From a virus (taxonomy: Duplodnaviria > Caudoviricetes): DNA of 64,000 nucleotides. A program made the position numbers and the translations under genes. Shown one piece after another: positions 27,882-39,900 of the stretch (its first letter is position 1; every line of letters begins with the position of its first letter). The stretch spans positions 1 to 64,000 of IMG/VR virus record IMGVR_UViG_3300025751_000013. One strand, 5' to 3'. The notes below the pieces were generated by a model. The model did not search any database, had not been told where the DNA came from, and worked only from the letters and a program-made list of their open reading frames with translations.

Positions 27882-30800
27882 ATGGCTGTAGGTCGTATTT
27901 CAGGTCAGGTCTTGAAGAGTGAGTTATCACGAGACGGAGTTGACATATTTTTTAATAACGAGAACGGCGACCCCGCAATATTATATCTATCAGTAGACGA
28001 CAACAGAGTTGGAATTAACAACAGTTCCCCAACCTCTGATTTTGATATCACCGGAGAACTAAGAAGTACAACTGCAATATTTCAAACTAGTTTACAAGTA
28101 GCTGACATTTTTATGGATACTACAACTATTAGTACTACTAGCGGAAATTTAGTTCTTACTCCTGCAACTGCAACAGACGAAATACAACTTAATAGTGATG
28201 TAACTACATCAGCAAACTTAACAGTAGATAACAATATAACTTCTACTAACGGAACTATTACTGCACCTAATATTGACATTGGTCAAGTTAGTATAACCGA
28301 AGATGCCGGCGGCAATACAACCATTACGGCTGACGCTGGCGGTATTATTGTTACAGCCGGAGCCGGCGAAAGTATAGATTTAAATAACGATGTAAACATT
28401 GACGGAGATTTATCTGTAACAGGAAGCACACAAATTGATGTTAATCTAAACGTTGATGGCATAATAAGTACTCCACAAGTAGATACGGGCAGAGTTGAGA
28501 TTGACGAAAACATGTTGCTCAATCAAAACACTATACAGATACTTTCTAACGATACTGATTTAAGATTACAAGCAGGCCCAATAGGTACAGACCCATTTGG
28601 AAACCCGAATGCTGACACGCAAATTAGACTTTTAAGTAAAACAACAATTATTAAAGGACTAAACATTCTTGGTACTGATGCTTTTATTAATATTGATGAT
28701 AAACTTTTAATCGATGATAATACTATTTCCAGTGTTACTAACGACATTGATATATCCGCTGGCGCAGGTGATAGTACATCAGTTGCTAATTTAAATTTAA
28801 CATCAGCAATTGATACAAATATTACTGCTACTGACGGAGATGTTAATATTAGTACAGCAGGTGATGACAGTACTGTACACTCAATTAACTTTTTAGGAAC
28901 AACTATAACTTCAGAGACCGCTGTGTTTAGAGATTCAATTAAAGCTGAAGTTGAAGTTGATGTTCCTGATTTAAGAGTAGAACGAATTGGTAACAGACCT
29001 AATGATGGAGACATACAAGTAACATCTAGAGATAGACTTGGCGTTGAAACAACATTTATTGATTTAGTTGGTAGAACAGAACTTATAGGCGACTTTACTC
29101 AAGCCGATGGCTTTGATATGTTCTTAGACAGACTTGACGTAAACAATATAAGAATTGATGATAATAGTATTACTACTATAAACGGAAATCTGTTTATTAA
29201 TCCTACTGATGGAAGTATTGTTGACATAGGAAAAGATGTTAACATTGCTACACAAGTTACAGTACCAGATGTAATTTCAACAAACAGTATCCAAGGTGTA
29301 CTAATGGATATCGATAATATCCAAATAGACGGTAATGAAATTAAATCTACTAGTGGACACATAAATGTTTATACTCCAAATCCTGCTACTGACTTTGTAA
29401 ATATTTTTACTAATTTAGAAGTAGACGGTAACATTCACGCTACCGGATCGATTACTGCTGACGGTGATTTAGTTTTAGGTGACCAAAATACAGACAATAT
29501 TACTTTTAATGCAGATGTAAACAGTGATGTTCTTCCAAATATAAATGCAATTTCTTCTTCTCCTGATTCAACTGCTGTAATAGGTTTTGATTTAGGATCT
29601 GAAACAAAATACTGGGATACAATGTATCTTAGACACTTTGACTTAAATGGATATGAAGTAAGAGATATCAACAACGACCATTCTACATATTCTGCATCAG
29701 CAGCCAAGGATGTAAACTTAATCACCGAAGGCGGCATGATTAGATATTTTGAAGAAAATCTTGCTACTAACCGAGGCGATAACATTCCAATGGGCTTTCC
29801 GGAGGATAGTGTTTATAACGATGGTGCATTCTTTCTAAGCGCAAATACAGATCAAAACGGTGCACCTAAAGAAGATATTATCGACGACAAAACTTTTATT
29901 GCAGAAGCAATCGACTTATTAAATGAGTCTATGAATAATATTAGAAACAATACATTTATTAGAGATATTGATGCTGCTACACCGTCACCGGCAGCAGCAG
30001 GTAGTGGCCAAACATTTACACTTAATCTAAATGTAGACGGTGAATATAATAGAGTAGAAGTTGACTGGGATGTAAACAATAGATTTGAATATATTAAATC
30101 TCTTATAGAAGGCGCCGGCGGAACATATAATGTACCTTCAGGTGCACACGATAGTGTATATGTAGGAACTAATCCGTCTACTGTATCCTTTGTTTATGAT
30201 GCTCCGCTAGGAGGCTTGTTTACTGTAAAAGTTACAGTAAGAAATACAAATGCTCAAGTTCCTGGCAGTGCAGGAACCGATAGTGATTTATTACAAGAAA
30301 ATTTAATTCTAGTTTACACACAAGATCCAGTAATGGGATATAATTTATACAGAAGTACAAGTGGCGGCAGTATACTTTCAGGAAATGATTTATATGTTAT
30401 AGAAGGTAATTCTTTAGCATTAGAAAACATAACAACTAACACAGGTCCTGACTATGGTTTAGATAACACAGTTACATATACTATAAACTGGGGTGACGGA
30501 ATTACTGAAACGATTACACCAGACGATACCGAAGATGGTGGATCAGGAGGTCCTAGACTTGCACACACATGGCTAGACGGAACACAAACAGGAACTGGTA
30601 ATAGCACTGTAACATTAACTATGACAGATCACCAATCATGTGATCCAACTATTCTTCCTCTAAGTACATCTAAAACTTTAAAAGTATATGAAAATGACCC
30701 AGTTGACCCTGACGGCCTAAGTACTAAAACTATTTCATTCACTGGAGGCACTGGTAATGCTAGTCTTTGTGCAAACTTTACTAATAATGATGTAAATTTA

Positions 30801-32417
30801 GCAACTAGTTCTGTTGCAGGCACTATATTGCCAAGAACAGTATCAACGTCTGGTACAATTAAAACAACTACATTTACAAATTACGCTTATGCAGAAACAG
30901 GGCTAGAATCAGATTTTGGCGATGGATTAATTTCTGCTCCAGTATTAACTGCTGAAGTAAATGGGGTTACTGCTGGTACAAGGACTTTTACAAATCCGTT
31001 TAGCACAAATAGTGGAAGCAATAATGCTTTGAAGATTGATGCACAAAGCGACTATAATTTATTAAACTCATCAGGCGGCTCGTTGTCTTTCTCAAATAGT
31101 ATATTTTATCCAGATGCATTTTTTGGTTATAGAGCTCACGTAGAAGAAACGGCAAGTGTAGTTCCGTTTGGTTTATGCACATTCCAGTTGCGCCATGATG
31201 TAAATGGTGATACAAACTTAGTTGAATTTGTAAAGGATGATGTAAACTCAGTTCCGGTTATTACAGCAGGAACAGTTATCGAAAATAACGCTGGAACATA
31301 CAGATATATTTCTGGTATACCGTATTATAACTCAGGAAATCCAACACTAACATTAACAGGCGTAACAGTACAAAACTGGATAGGACAAGCATACTTAAAT
31401 AGTTCTCAAATTGTTCAAGCAAATTCAGATACATCTACTAGTCCAGAAGGCCAAACTGGACAGGCTATTACACAAACATATTACAACTATTCAACAATTG
31501 AAGGCACTGTACCTTTATTAGACGGCAGCGGAAATCCTTTTGCTGATAGTGGAAAAACAACAGGTTATGTATTAGATGATCTTACACTACCTATTGTTAC
31601 AAGCAGTAGAAGGACTATTGATTCAGTGCGTTATAGAATTCAAAATTTAAATGGTTATTCGTCGTATAGACAGGAAACTAGTATACCAATTGCATTACAT
31701 ACATCTAACCAGTTTGGTATTAGTGAAATTGCAATTGATGTTGCAAGTAGTTTAGGAAATGGCGTTTACACGGATGATGCAATTAGAATACATGATTTTG
31801 ATACTGACCCTGTAGACAATCCAGTATACACTAGTTCGACAAATTTTTATACAAATGATGTTTATACAGAAGGTACAGATTCAGGGATATCAGCAGCAGG
31901 CGGAATTGCAAATATTAGAGAAGCAATTATTAGACTAGGCGAAATCGAACACAATGTAGAAGACTATACAAATTATCTTCCATTAGGTCCTAATCTTAAT
32001 ACTGCAACAAGAGCAAATACACAATACTTTACAATGGCATTCCGTAGACGAGTTGTTGCTAACTTTGCAATTAATATTACAGCACCTAGTGGTGTTGCCG
32101 GCGTATGGATAGCAGCACCAGGTACAGCAATTGACAATGGTAGTAGTCTAAACGGCTGGCTAGATTGTTCTACACAATATGCTGGTGCAGGTGTTCCGGG
32201 TGCAATAGATGGAAATTCAGGCGGTACTGGTAACGGATCAGATGGTTGTGCAATCACAGGTGCTGATAGAATAATACCAAATCAATCATTATCAGGTGGT
32301 TATGATATGACACTAGGTAGCGAAAATATGAGTAACGCTCAAGACAATGTTGTTCTTGTAAGAATAGCATTATCAGCAGGGCAAAGCGTTACATCGTTAA
32401 ACATAGGGCAGACATAA
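27882..32417 (+). CDS. Large virion structural protein with a beta-repeat stalk and PKD/Ig-like domains
   Basis: 1511 aa; repeated I.ID.N.I units; YTINWGDG..HTW (PKD-like). Confidence 0.7.
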   Translation: MAVGRISGQVLKSELSRDGVDIFFNNENGDPAILYLSVDDNRVGINNSSPTSDFDITGELRSTTAIFQTSLQVADIFMDTTTISTTSGNLVLTPATATDEIQLNSDVTTSANLTVDNNITSTNGTITAPNIDIGQVSITEDAGGNTTITADAGGIIVTAGAGESIDLNNDVNIDGDLSVTGSTQIDVNLNVDGIISTPQVDTGRVEIDENMLLNQNTIQILSNDTDLRLQAGPIGTDPFGNPNADTQIRLLSKTTIIKGLNILGTDAFINIDDKLLIDDNTISSVTNDIDISAGAGDSTSVANLNLTSAIDTNITATDGDVNISTAGDDSTVHSINFLGTTITSETAVFRDSIKAEVEVDVPDLRVERIGNRPNDGDIQVTSRDRLGVETTFIDLVGRTELIGDFTQADGFDMFLDRLDVNNIRIDDNSITTINGNLFINPTDGSIVDIGKDVNIATQVTVPDVISTNSIQGVLMDIDNIQIDGNEIKSTSGHINVYTPNPATDFVNIFTNLEVDGNIHATGSITADGDLVLGDQNTDNITFNADVNSDVLPNINAISSSPDSTAVIGFDLGSETKYWDTMYLRHFDLNGYEVRDINNDHSTYSASAAKDVNLITEGGMIRYFEENLATNRGDNIPMGFPEDSVYNDGAFFLSANTDQNGAPKEDIIDDKTFIAEAIDLLNESMNNIRNNTFIRDIDAATPSPAAAGSGQTFTLNLNVDGEYNRVEVDWDVNNRFEYIKSLIEGAGGTYNVPSGAHDSVYVGTNPSTVSFVYDAPLGGLFTVKVTVRNTNAQVPGSAGTDSDLLQENLILVYTQDPVMGYNLYRSTSGGSILSGNDLYVIEGNSLALENITTNTGPDYGLDNTVTYTINWGDGITETITPDDTEDGGSGGPRLAHTWLDGTQTGTGNSTVTLTMTDHQSCDPTILPLSTSKTLKVYENDPVDPDGLSTKTISFTGGTGNASLCANFTNNDVNLATSSVAGTILPRTVSTSGTIKTTTFTNYAYAETGLESDFGDGLISAPVLTAEVNGVTAGTRTFTNPFSTNSGSNNALKIDAQSDYNLLNSSGGSLSFSNSIFYPDAFFGYRAHVEETASVVPFGLCTFQLRHDVNGDTNLVEFVKDDVNSVPVITAGTVIENNAGTYRYISGIPYYNSGNPTLTLTGVTVQNWIGQAYLNSSQIVQANSDTSTSPEGQTGQAITQTYYNYSTIEGTVPLLDGSGNPFADSGKTTGYVLDDLTLPIVTSSRRTIDSVRYRIQNLNGYSSYRQETSIPIALHTSNQFGISEIAIDVASSLGNGVYTDDAIRIHDFDTDPVDNPVYTSSTNFYTNDVYTEGTDSGISAAGGIANIREAIIRLGEIEHNVEDYTNYLPLGPNLNTATRANTQYFTMAFRRRVVANFAINITAPSGVAGVWIAAPGTAIDNGSSLNGWLDCSTQYAGAGVPGAIDGNSGGTGNGSDGCAITGADRIIPNQSLSGGYDMTLGSENMSNAQDNVVLVRIALSAGQSVTSLNIGQT

Positions 32418-32418
32418 G

Positions 32419-33783
32419 ATGGCAATTGCAGACGAACAGAAGTTAGACTTTCTTTGGAAAAAGATTGGTTATGGTTTTTCAAAGACTGACGTAAATGGTA
32501 TTAAAGCAGCGGTCAACGAAAGTATACCTAGTCCATTATTACTTAGAGGTGATACTATTTGGGTTGACTCAGATATTATCCCAAGTAGTATCCCAGTTGT
32601 TAATATTGAAAATCTTGTTGACGTTTATAGTGATGCAGGTGCTAACGTTGATGATACAGTTGAATGTGAAGAAGATATTACTGCATCACCGAGACGTACT
32701 TGGAGAACAGTTGAACCTGATAGCACTCCGATAATAAATTGGATACCTCCGGAGTTTGGATCTACATATCAAATCAAAGTTTATATCGATAACCCAGGAG
32801 CAGCAAATCCACAAACTACTGGTACACAAATATTTGCTGCTGGTAGTGGTAATAATGACGAATGGTTCTTTGACTATAAATCAGGAATCTTAAATTTTAT
32901 TGGAGATAATTTACCTAGTCAACTTACTAGTAGTAAAGTAGTTTATATATCTGGAGCAAATTATGTAGGAGAGTTTGGAGTCAAAGGTGACAGAGCTGTC
33001 CTTGGTAATATTGAAATAGAGAATAACGAAATATCTGCACTTAACCTAAACGGTGACATTAACTTAATTGCTAATGGACCTGAAGGTGCAGTACAAGTTC
33101 AACAAAGTAATTTAAATGTTGAAGAAAATTTTAATGTTGAAGGAATTGCAAACTTTAACAATACCACAGATTCTACTGGCGCAACTTCTGGATCGGTTGT
33201 AGTAGATGGAGGAGTAGGCATCGCAAAGAAATTATATGTAGGAGACGATGCCTACTTCTCTCGTAGATTAGAAGCAAAACATGTTATGCTTTACAGTTTA
33301 TCTGTTTATGATGAAAGTGTAGATAGAGATATTTTGTTTGGCATTGAACAACTACGTGATGCAATTAATAATAACGAAAATTTAGCACTTGGCGAGGGAT
33401 CACTTGTAAACTCTGCACTAGACGGAGAGTTGAATATTGCTATTGGTAACAATACCGGTAGTGGACTTACTGAAGGTTGGTTTAATGTAATCATTGGACA
33501 CAATTCTGGAAACAGTTTGACAGTAGGTAGTAACAACATAATAATTGGTAACTATACAAACCCTTCTTCAAAAAGTGCTAATAACGAAGTTACAATAGGT
33601 AATGAATTAATAAGCAAAGTAAGAATACCTGGAGTTGATTTTGAAATCGACGAAGGCAAGGTTGTTATCGGTAACGAGGGTACAGATTTTGAAGAAAATC
33701 TAGTTGTCAATGGCGATGCAACTGTAACTAACTTGTTTACAGCAAGAAGAATTGAGGGTGATATTGACGGAGGAAGTTTCTAA
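32419..33783 (+). CDS. Virion structural/fibre protein with YadA-head-like N-x-x-I-G repeats
   Basis: 454 aa; NIAIG/NVIIG/NIIIG repeats; ends DIDGGSF. Confidence 0.65.
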   Translation: MAIADEQKLDFLWKKIGYGFSKTDVNGIKAAVNESIPSPLLLRGDTIWVDSDIIPSSIPVVNIENLVDVYSDAGANVDDTVECEEDITASPRRTWRTVEPDSTPIINWIPPEFGSTYQIKVYIDNPGAANPQTTGTQIFAAGSGNNDEWFFDYKSGILNFIGDNLPSQLTSSKVVYISGANYVGEFGVKGDRAVLGNIEIENNEISALNLNGDINLIANGPEGAVQVQQSNLNVEENFNVEGIANFNNTTDSTGATSGSVVVDGGVGIAKKLYVGDDAYFSRRLEAKHVMLYSLSVYDESVDRDILFGIEQLRDAINNNENLALGEGSLVNSALDGELNIAIGNNTGSGLTEGWFNVIIGHNSGNSLTVGSNNIIIGNYTNPSSKSANNEVTIGNELISKVRIPGVDFEIDEGKVVIGNEGTDFEENLVVNGDATVTNLFTARRIEGDIDGGSF

Positions 33784-33951
33784 AAACCATTATTAGCCAC
33801 TATTATAGATCGAAATCTCTAAAAAACTATATATACATGTAATTGCTAGTTAAATTAGCATAAAACTAACCAAAAAATGTCGCATTTGATAAATAGAATT
33901 GTGTTTATAAACTACATACATAATACACAGTCTGCATAGGGGAACGATTAT

Positions 33952-36900
33952 ATGTCAACAATAAGACTCAAGAGAAGTGCTGAGCCGGGTAAAATCCCAT
34001 CGATTGAACAACTAGAACTAGGCGAAGTAGCTGTCAATACACATGACGGCAAAATGTTTATGAAAAGAGACCAAAGTGGTAACTTTGCTATAAAAGAATT
34101 TGGCGCAAGAGACGCCGCAAGTAATGTGTTTTACGTAACACAAGACGGATCTAATACTAACGATGGTAAAACAATAGGAGACGCATTTGCGACTATTGAT
34201 TACGCTTTAAAAAATATTCCAGAGGGATCAACACTATATGTAAAGGCTGGACAGCACACAGTTGACAATCCAGTTAAACTTCCGGCATTTGTTGCTATTG
34301 TTGGTGACTCACTTAGAACTACATTTGTACAACCAAAAAATCCAGCAGAAGATATATTTTGGGTTAACAACGGTTGTTTCCTTAAAGATATGCGCTTTAA
34401 TAACTACATTGCACCTAGTGCAGCAGTTTCGTTCCCCCCAGATGGAAGCGCCGGATCAATTATGTGTTCACCGTATGTACAAAACTGTACATCATATACT
34501 ACAACTGGTACAGGTATGCGAGTTGACGGATCAGTTGTTACTGGCCTACGCTCAATGGTTGTTGACGCCTATACACAGTATAACCAGGGTGGTATTGGTG
34601 TGCATCACCTTAACAGAGGTAACACACAGCTTGTTTCGATCTTTACAATTTCATGTGATATTTCGATTCTTTGCGAAAGCGGCGGCTTTTGCTCACTAAC
34701 TAACTCAAACACATCATTTGGTAACTACGGACTTATTTCCGATGGTTATAGTGAAGCACTATTTGGTGCGTCTGCTGGTGCTAACATTAGTAGAAACTCG
34801 ATGTTTATGAATGACCTAGTAACGGTTCCATTTATTCAAAACGCATCTGTGTTTAGTGGCACTGGTGAAGTTTATACAATTTCAGAAGCTACTCCGATTA
34901 AAGTCGGTCAAGGTGTTGTAACTGGACCAACACTAACCCAAGAAGACAGTGATTTATTATTTGCTAGAGAAAGAATTTTAGCCAATAGAGAAGTAATTCA
35001 AAGATCAACAGTTAACTTTGTGAAAGATAATTATCAAACAGGCGGCGAATTTGACGAAGCTAAATGTGCTAGAGATAGTCAACTTATACTTGATGGTGTA
35101 GGTTTTGATGTTGCACTAGATACAAACTTTAACAGTGTTTATAATGGTATTTCGTATCAAAGAGCAAATGCTAAATTTGTTATTAATACCCAGTTTGAAG
35201 CAACAAAAGGCGCAATTGATTTCTTAAAAGCCGAAACAGCAGCTTTACTAAGTGGTACTTCATTAACTAGAGCTAATGCAGGATTTGACGATGTAAAAGG
35301 AATTCTTGACGGTGGTGTAATAAGCACTACAGTTCCAGGAGATGGTGTAGCCGACGCACTTACATTTAGTTCAACACTAGGTGTAACAGATGGTATAAAT
35401 GCTAGAACAATTTTACAAGCGAATATTGCATTCTTACAAGCAGAAGTACTTGCATTTAACGATGATTATAATGCAACGGCGATTGCTGCTGACGCTACCG
35501 GTGCAACTACAGTAGTTTATGATAGAGAAAAGTGTCAAAGAGATGTACAATACATTGTAGACGCTCTTTCATATGACGCACAGTATGGTGGCAATAGCGC
35601 AACAGTATCGGCTATGAATTCTTATATTGTTGGTACAGGAATTGATCAACTTCCAGCAGATCAAAGAGATCTTACTGCTGATTCATATGCTCACTTAGCA
35701 GATATGGTTGCAGCAATTTTAACTGATCCGTCAGTTGATCCTGGTACAAAATTAAGTGCTGGTAGTCCAGACAATTCCGCAGCGGTTACTGCTGCATCTC
35801 TTTCAGGTACAATCGAAGCACTTGTAGATACATTTGCAGGAGTATTAATTGAAGATGCAACGCCGGCTGGCACACCAACTGCAACTATTCCAGCAGTAGT
35901 AACTCCAAATGTTACAACATTGGGTGTAGCAGCAGAGTTTACAACATCGCAAACTGCAATCACAAATGCGTCTGCACAAATTGTAGATGATGTAATTGCA
36001 TTTGTTAATCAAGAATATAATTTCTCTTTCAACCAAGAAAAATGTGCAAGAGATTTACAAGAAATAATTGATGCAGCTAAAATAGATGCTGTTACAAACT
36101 CTTTGTACAATCAAACTGTAGTTGGTTTAACATACACAATGGAAAGTAGTGCTTATCTACTTAACTTACAAAAAACACAAACCGCAGCAGGTATTCAATA
36201 TGCTAGAGATTTAGTTACAGCAGACGGTAATTTTACAGATACTACAGACAGAACTGAATTTATTAATGCTGTAAACGAAGTAATTAACATATTAAATACA
36301 GGAACTCCAACATCTGACTTAACAACTGGTACTTTTGCAACTAATTTTCCAACAAGCACTGATTATTCTAATGCAGCAAGTCGTGCAGCCGCAGCTGAAG
36401 CAATAATAAACGGTATTCCTTCTTTACAGACTGATGCTCTAACTTTCCTACAGAATGGGAACGCAGGTGGTGGTTTTGATTTTTCAGCCCAAGCCGGAGA
36501 ATTTTCAAGTTTAGCTAGTGGAGGTACTGTTTCATCAGATGAACTAAAATCAGTATACCAAGATATGGTAAGAGATGGAACATTTACCAAGTGTCAAAGA
36601 GACGTGGCTTACTTAGCACAAGCAGTAGCATTTGATACAATGTATGGTGGTAATAGTGCAACTTTGCGTGTAGCAAAATCATACTTTGTAGGTGCAATTG
36701 CAGGTGACGACGATACTGAAATATCACAACTAGGTGGCGGACAAAAGAATGCAACACTTGCACTATATGCCTTCTTGGCAGTACAAATTGCGGCAGCTGT
36801 TAGCGCTGCGTCAGCAAATGCAGGGTTAGGTTCGGGCTCTGGTGCATCAAAAACAATTAATCAATTAGTTGCAGTTGTTACTGATCATATTGACGCAGAC

Positions 36901-39900
36901 GGTGTAGCATTAGCTTCTTTAGATACAGTTATACTTGCCAGCCCTGCCGACGACGATGAAATTCTAACAGTATCTGAAATTGAAGCAGTTGACGACGAAG
37001 CAATTAATGATACAATATTCTATCTACAAGATGCATTTGTACTACTAGACTTTAACGAGTCTAAGTGCTACAGAGATACAGGTATTATTATTGATGCTGT
37101 TGTAGATGACATGGTACTAGGAACAAATTATAAATCAGTAGTTTCTGGTAGAACATATTCAATGGATTCAGCGGCACTTGTTATTGCGGATCAAAAAGTA
37201 GAAACATTAGCAGCAATAAATCATGCAAGAGACGAAGCACTAGGATTTATCAATGACTTTTCGTCTAATGCTTCAAAAGTTACAGCATATAATAGAGTAC
37301 AGTCAAACTTTAATTTGATTTCTGATTTAATTAGTAAGTCAGAGTATGCATTTAAATCATATACAGTAGTAGACGCAGATTACAATCCGACGGCTGCTGG
37401 TAACTATGGTAGTACTTCTACTCCTGCAAACAGAGTTATGACATTAACAATTGGCCAGCATAGTTTTACAACATCAGATACAGTTGTAATTGCTCCTAAT
37501 AGTTTAACATTCCAGTGTTATTCAAGTGGTGATAATGAGTTCCAAACTATTACACATCCAAGAGAAGTAGCAGGTCAAAGTGCAGATCCAAATGCAGTAT
37601 CTCCAGGTTCAGATCCAGCATTTGAAACTCCAGTAGATATTGTTGCAGTTACAGACACTACAATTACAGTAGACGTTGGTGTAAATACTGGTGCTGGTAA
37701 TGTTGAGCATACATTTATTAGTGCTACAGAAAATGGTATAACATATGGTAATTCGTTTATTAATTATCCAATGCCAACAAATGTTCTACCAGAAATAAAC
37801 AGAGCGTTTACAAACATCAAGAAAAACAAAGCATATTTGATTGAAGAAGCAGTTGCTCATATCGATCAAAACTATCCGTTACTAGGATACGACAGAGGAA
37901 CATGCGAAAGAGATATCGGACTTATAATTGATGCTGTGTCATACGATGCAATGTTTGACTCAAACTTCCGTTCAATTACAGCTGGTAAAGCATATCTAAG
38001 AGGTGTTATACAAGTTATAACAGGTGATGTACTTGTAGATGAAACAACTACTACAACAGGTATTACTGGTACACTATTAACAATGGATCCAACTAAAACA
38101 GTAGTAAATCCAGGTGACGAGTTAACAGTTCTACCAACTGAGCAAAAAATTGCAACACTAGAATCATTTAGAAAACTAAGAGATTTACTTGTTCAGATTA
38201 CATTTGATAATGATACAAAGGCACGTGTAGTAGACCGTATGGATCTTATTATAGATATTGTACAAGATGGCGAATCAGTAATTCCAGCAGTAAGTATTCC
38301 TACAGCAAACATTACAACTAACGACACAGTAAACTATACAGAAAACTTTAATGCAACTGGTGTTCCAGAAACAATTACAAACATTGAAAATTCGAGAGAA
38401 TTTATTATTGCAGAAACAAAGGCATTTATTGATACTAACTTCCCAGCATTATTATCAACTGATGCTAACGGTAATATTGTCCGAGACTATAATGCAAACG
38501 ACAAGTGTGAAAGAGACGTAGGTCTTATATTAGATGCACTAAAATATGACTTAACATATGGCGGTAATATGGAAACCTTAATAGCTGGTAAAGCATACTT
38601 CTCAGATGTTGTTGCATCAGCAGATGGACCAGTTGATTTATTAGGTTCACGTTCAGTAAACATAGATATTGTTAATGCTGGTGGTATTCAACTGATTAAT
38701 CCAATTACAATTACAACATCTATTAAACATGGCTTAGTTGATGGATCACAAGTAACACTACTAGATATTAGTGGCGTTGTTGAACTAACAGGTAAAACTT
38801 TCTTTGTTAAGAAAGTAAGCGACACAGTGTTTGAATTATATGATGATGCAGCCCTAACAATCCCATTAGACGGTACTACTGGATTTACAGCATATGCTAA
38901 CTTAGGTGGTACTGTAAGAGTTAATGCAGCAGAAGTAATTGCTACTGTAGAGTCTTATAACTTCCTAGCAGATCTAATATTGACACTAGGTAATGGTGTT
39001 GCTCCAGTTAATCCACAGCAAACAATTGTTACAGCAGGAGCACTGACAACAACTAACAGTCCAAATGGTACTAGAGCAAAATCACTTGTTGACGATATTA
39101 TTACTATAATTGAAAACGATAGCTCTGTTCCAGTTGAGTTGCTTGCAGATCCAAGTTGGGTCACTGGCTACAATGCAACCGAAACATATCCGTTAGAATT
39201 AAATGGCACCGATCTTTATTCAGACTTCTTGATTATGCAAGGTGAAAAAGATGATATACAATCAGAAATTACAAGATTTATTGAAGCAAACTTTGCTTAT
39301 GATAAAAAAGTATGCCGTAGAGATATGGGATACATTATTGATGCTACATTATTTGATGCACTATACAACGGTAACAGTGCAAGTTATGATGCAGCAAGAC
39401 AATACTATACACAAGGTAAACTAGTTATTCCAGCAATCCAGCGTAAAGCAACAGGTGACGCAATGGAACTTCTTAGAAAGCGTATAGGTGATGTACTACG
39501 TTCAAACAGAGTTGTTGCAGAACAACTTCCAACATCGCCGACATTAGTGCTACAAGATACAACTACTCCAGCAGCCACAATTACTGAAATTCTAAGAATT
39601 CAGAAAAACTTTGATGTACTTGAAAGTCAAATACGTAGAGATTATTTCATCAATGACTTTATTGATGTAATTGATCCTGACTTTAATCTTCAAACAGAAA
39701 CAGCAAACAAAATTAGAAATAAGATACTTGCTGAAAAAGAAAACCTACAGGTTAAAACAATTAAATTTATCGATACAACATTTAGAGAATTCCGTTTTGA
39801 TAGAGAAGTTTGCTCAAGAGACGTAGGACTTATTTTAGATGCAGTTGCAATGGATGTTGCACTAGGTACTAACTATAATTCAATTATTGCAGGTCTATCA

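Noticed and set aside
33952-34100. Diversity-generating retroelement suggested by the Mtd-N-like N-terminus
   Set aside because: No reverse transcriptase and no TR/VR repeat pair seen; the motif is a generic fibre anchor.
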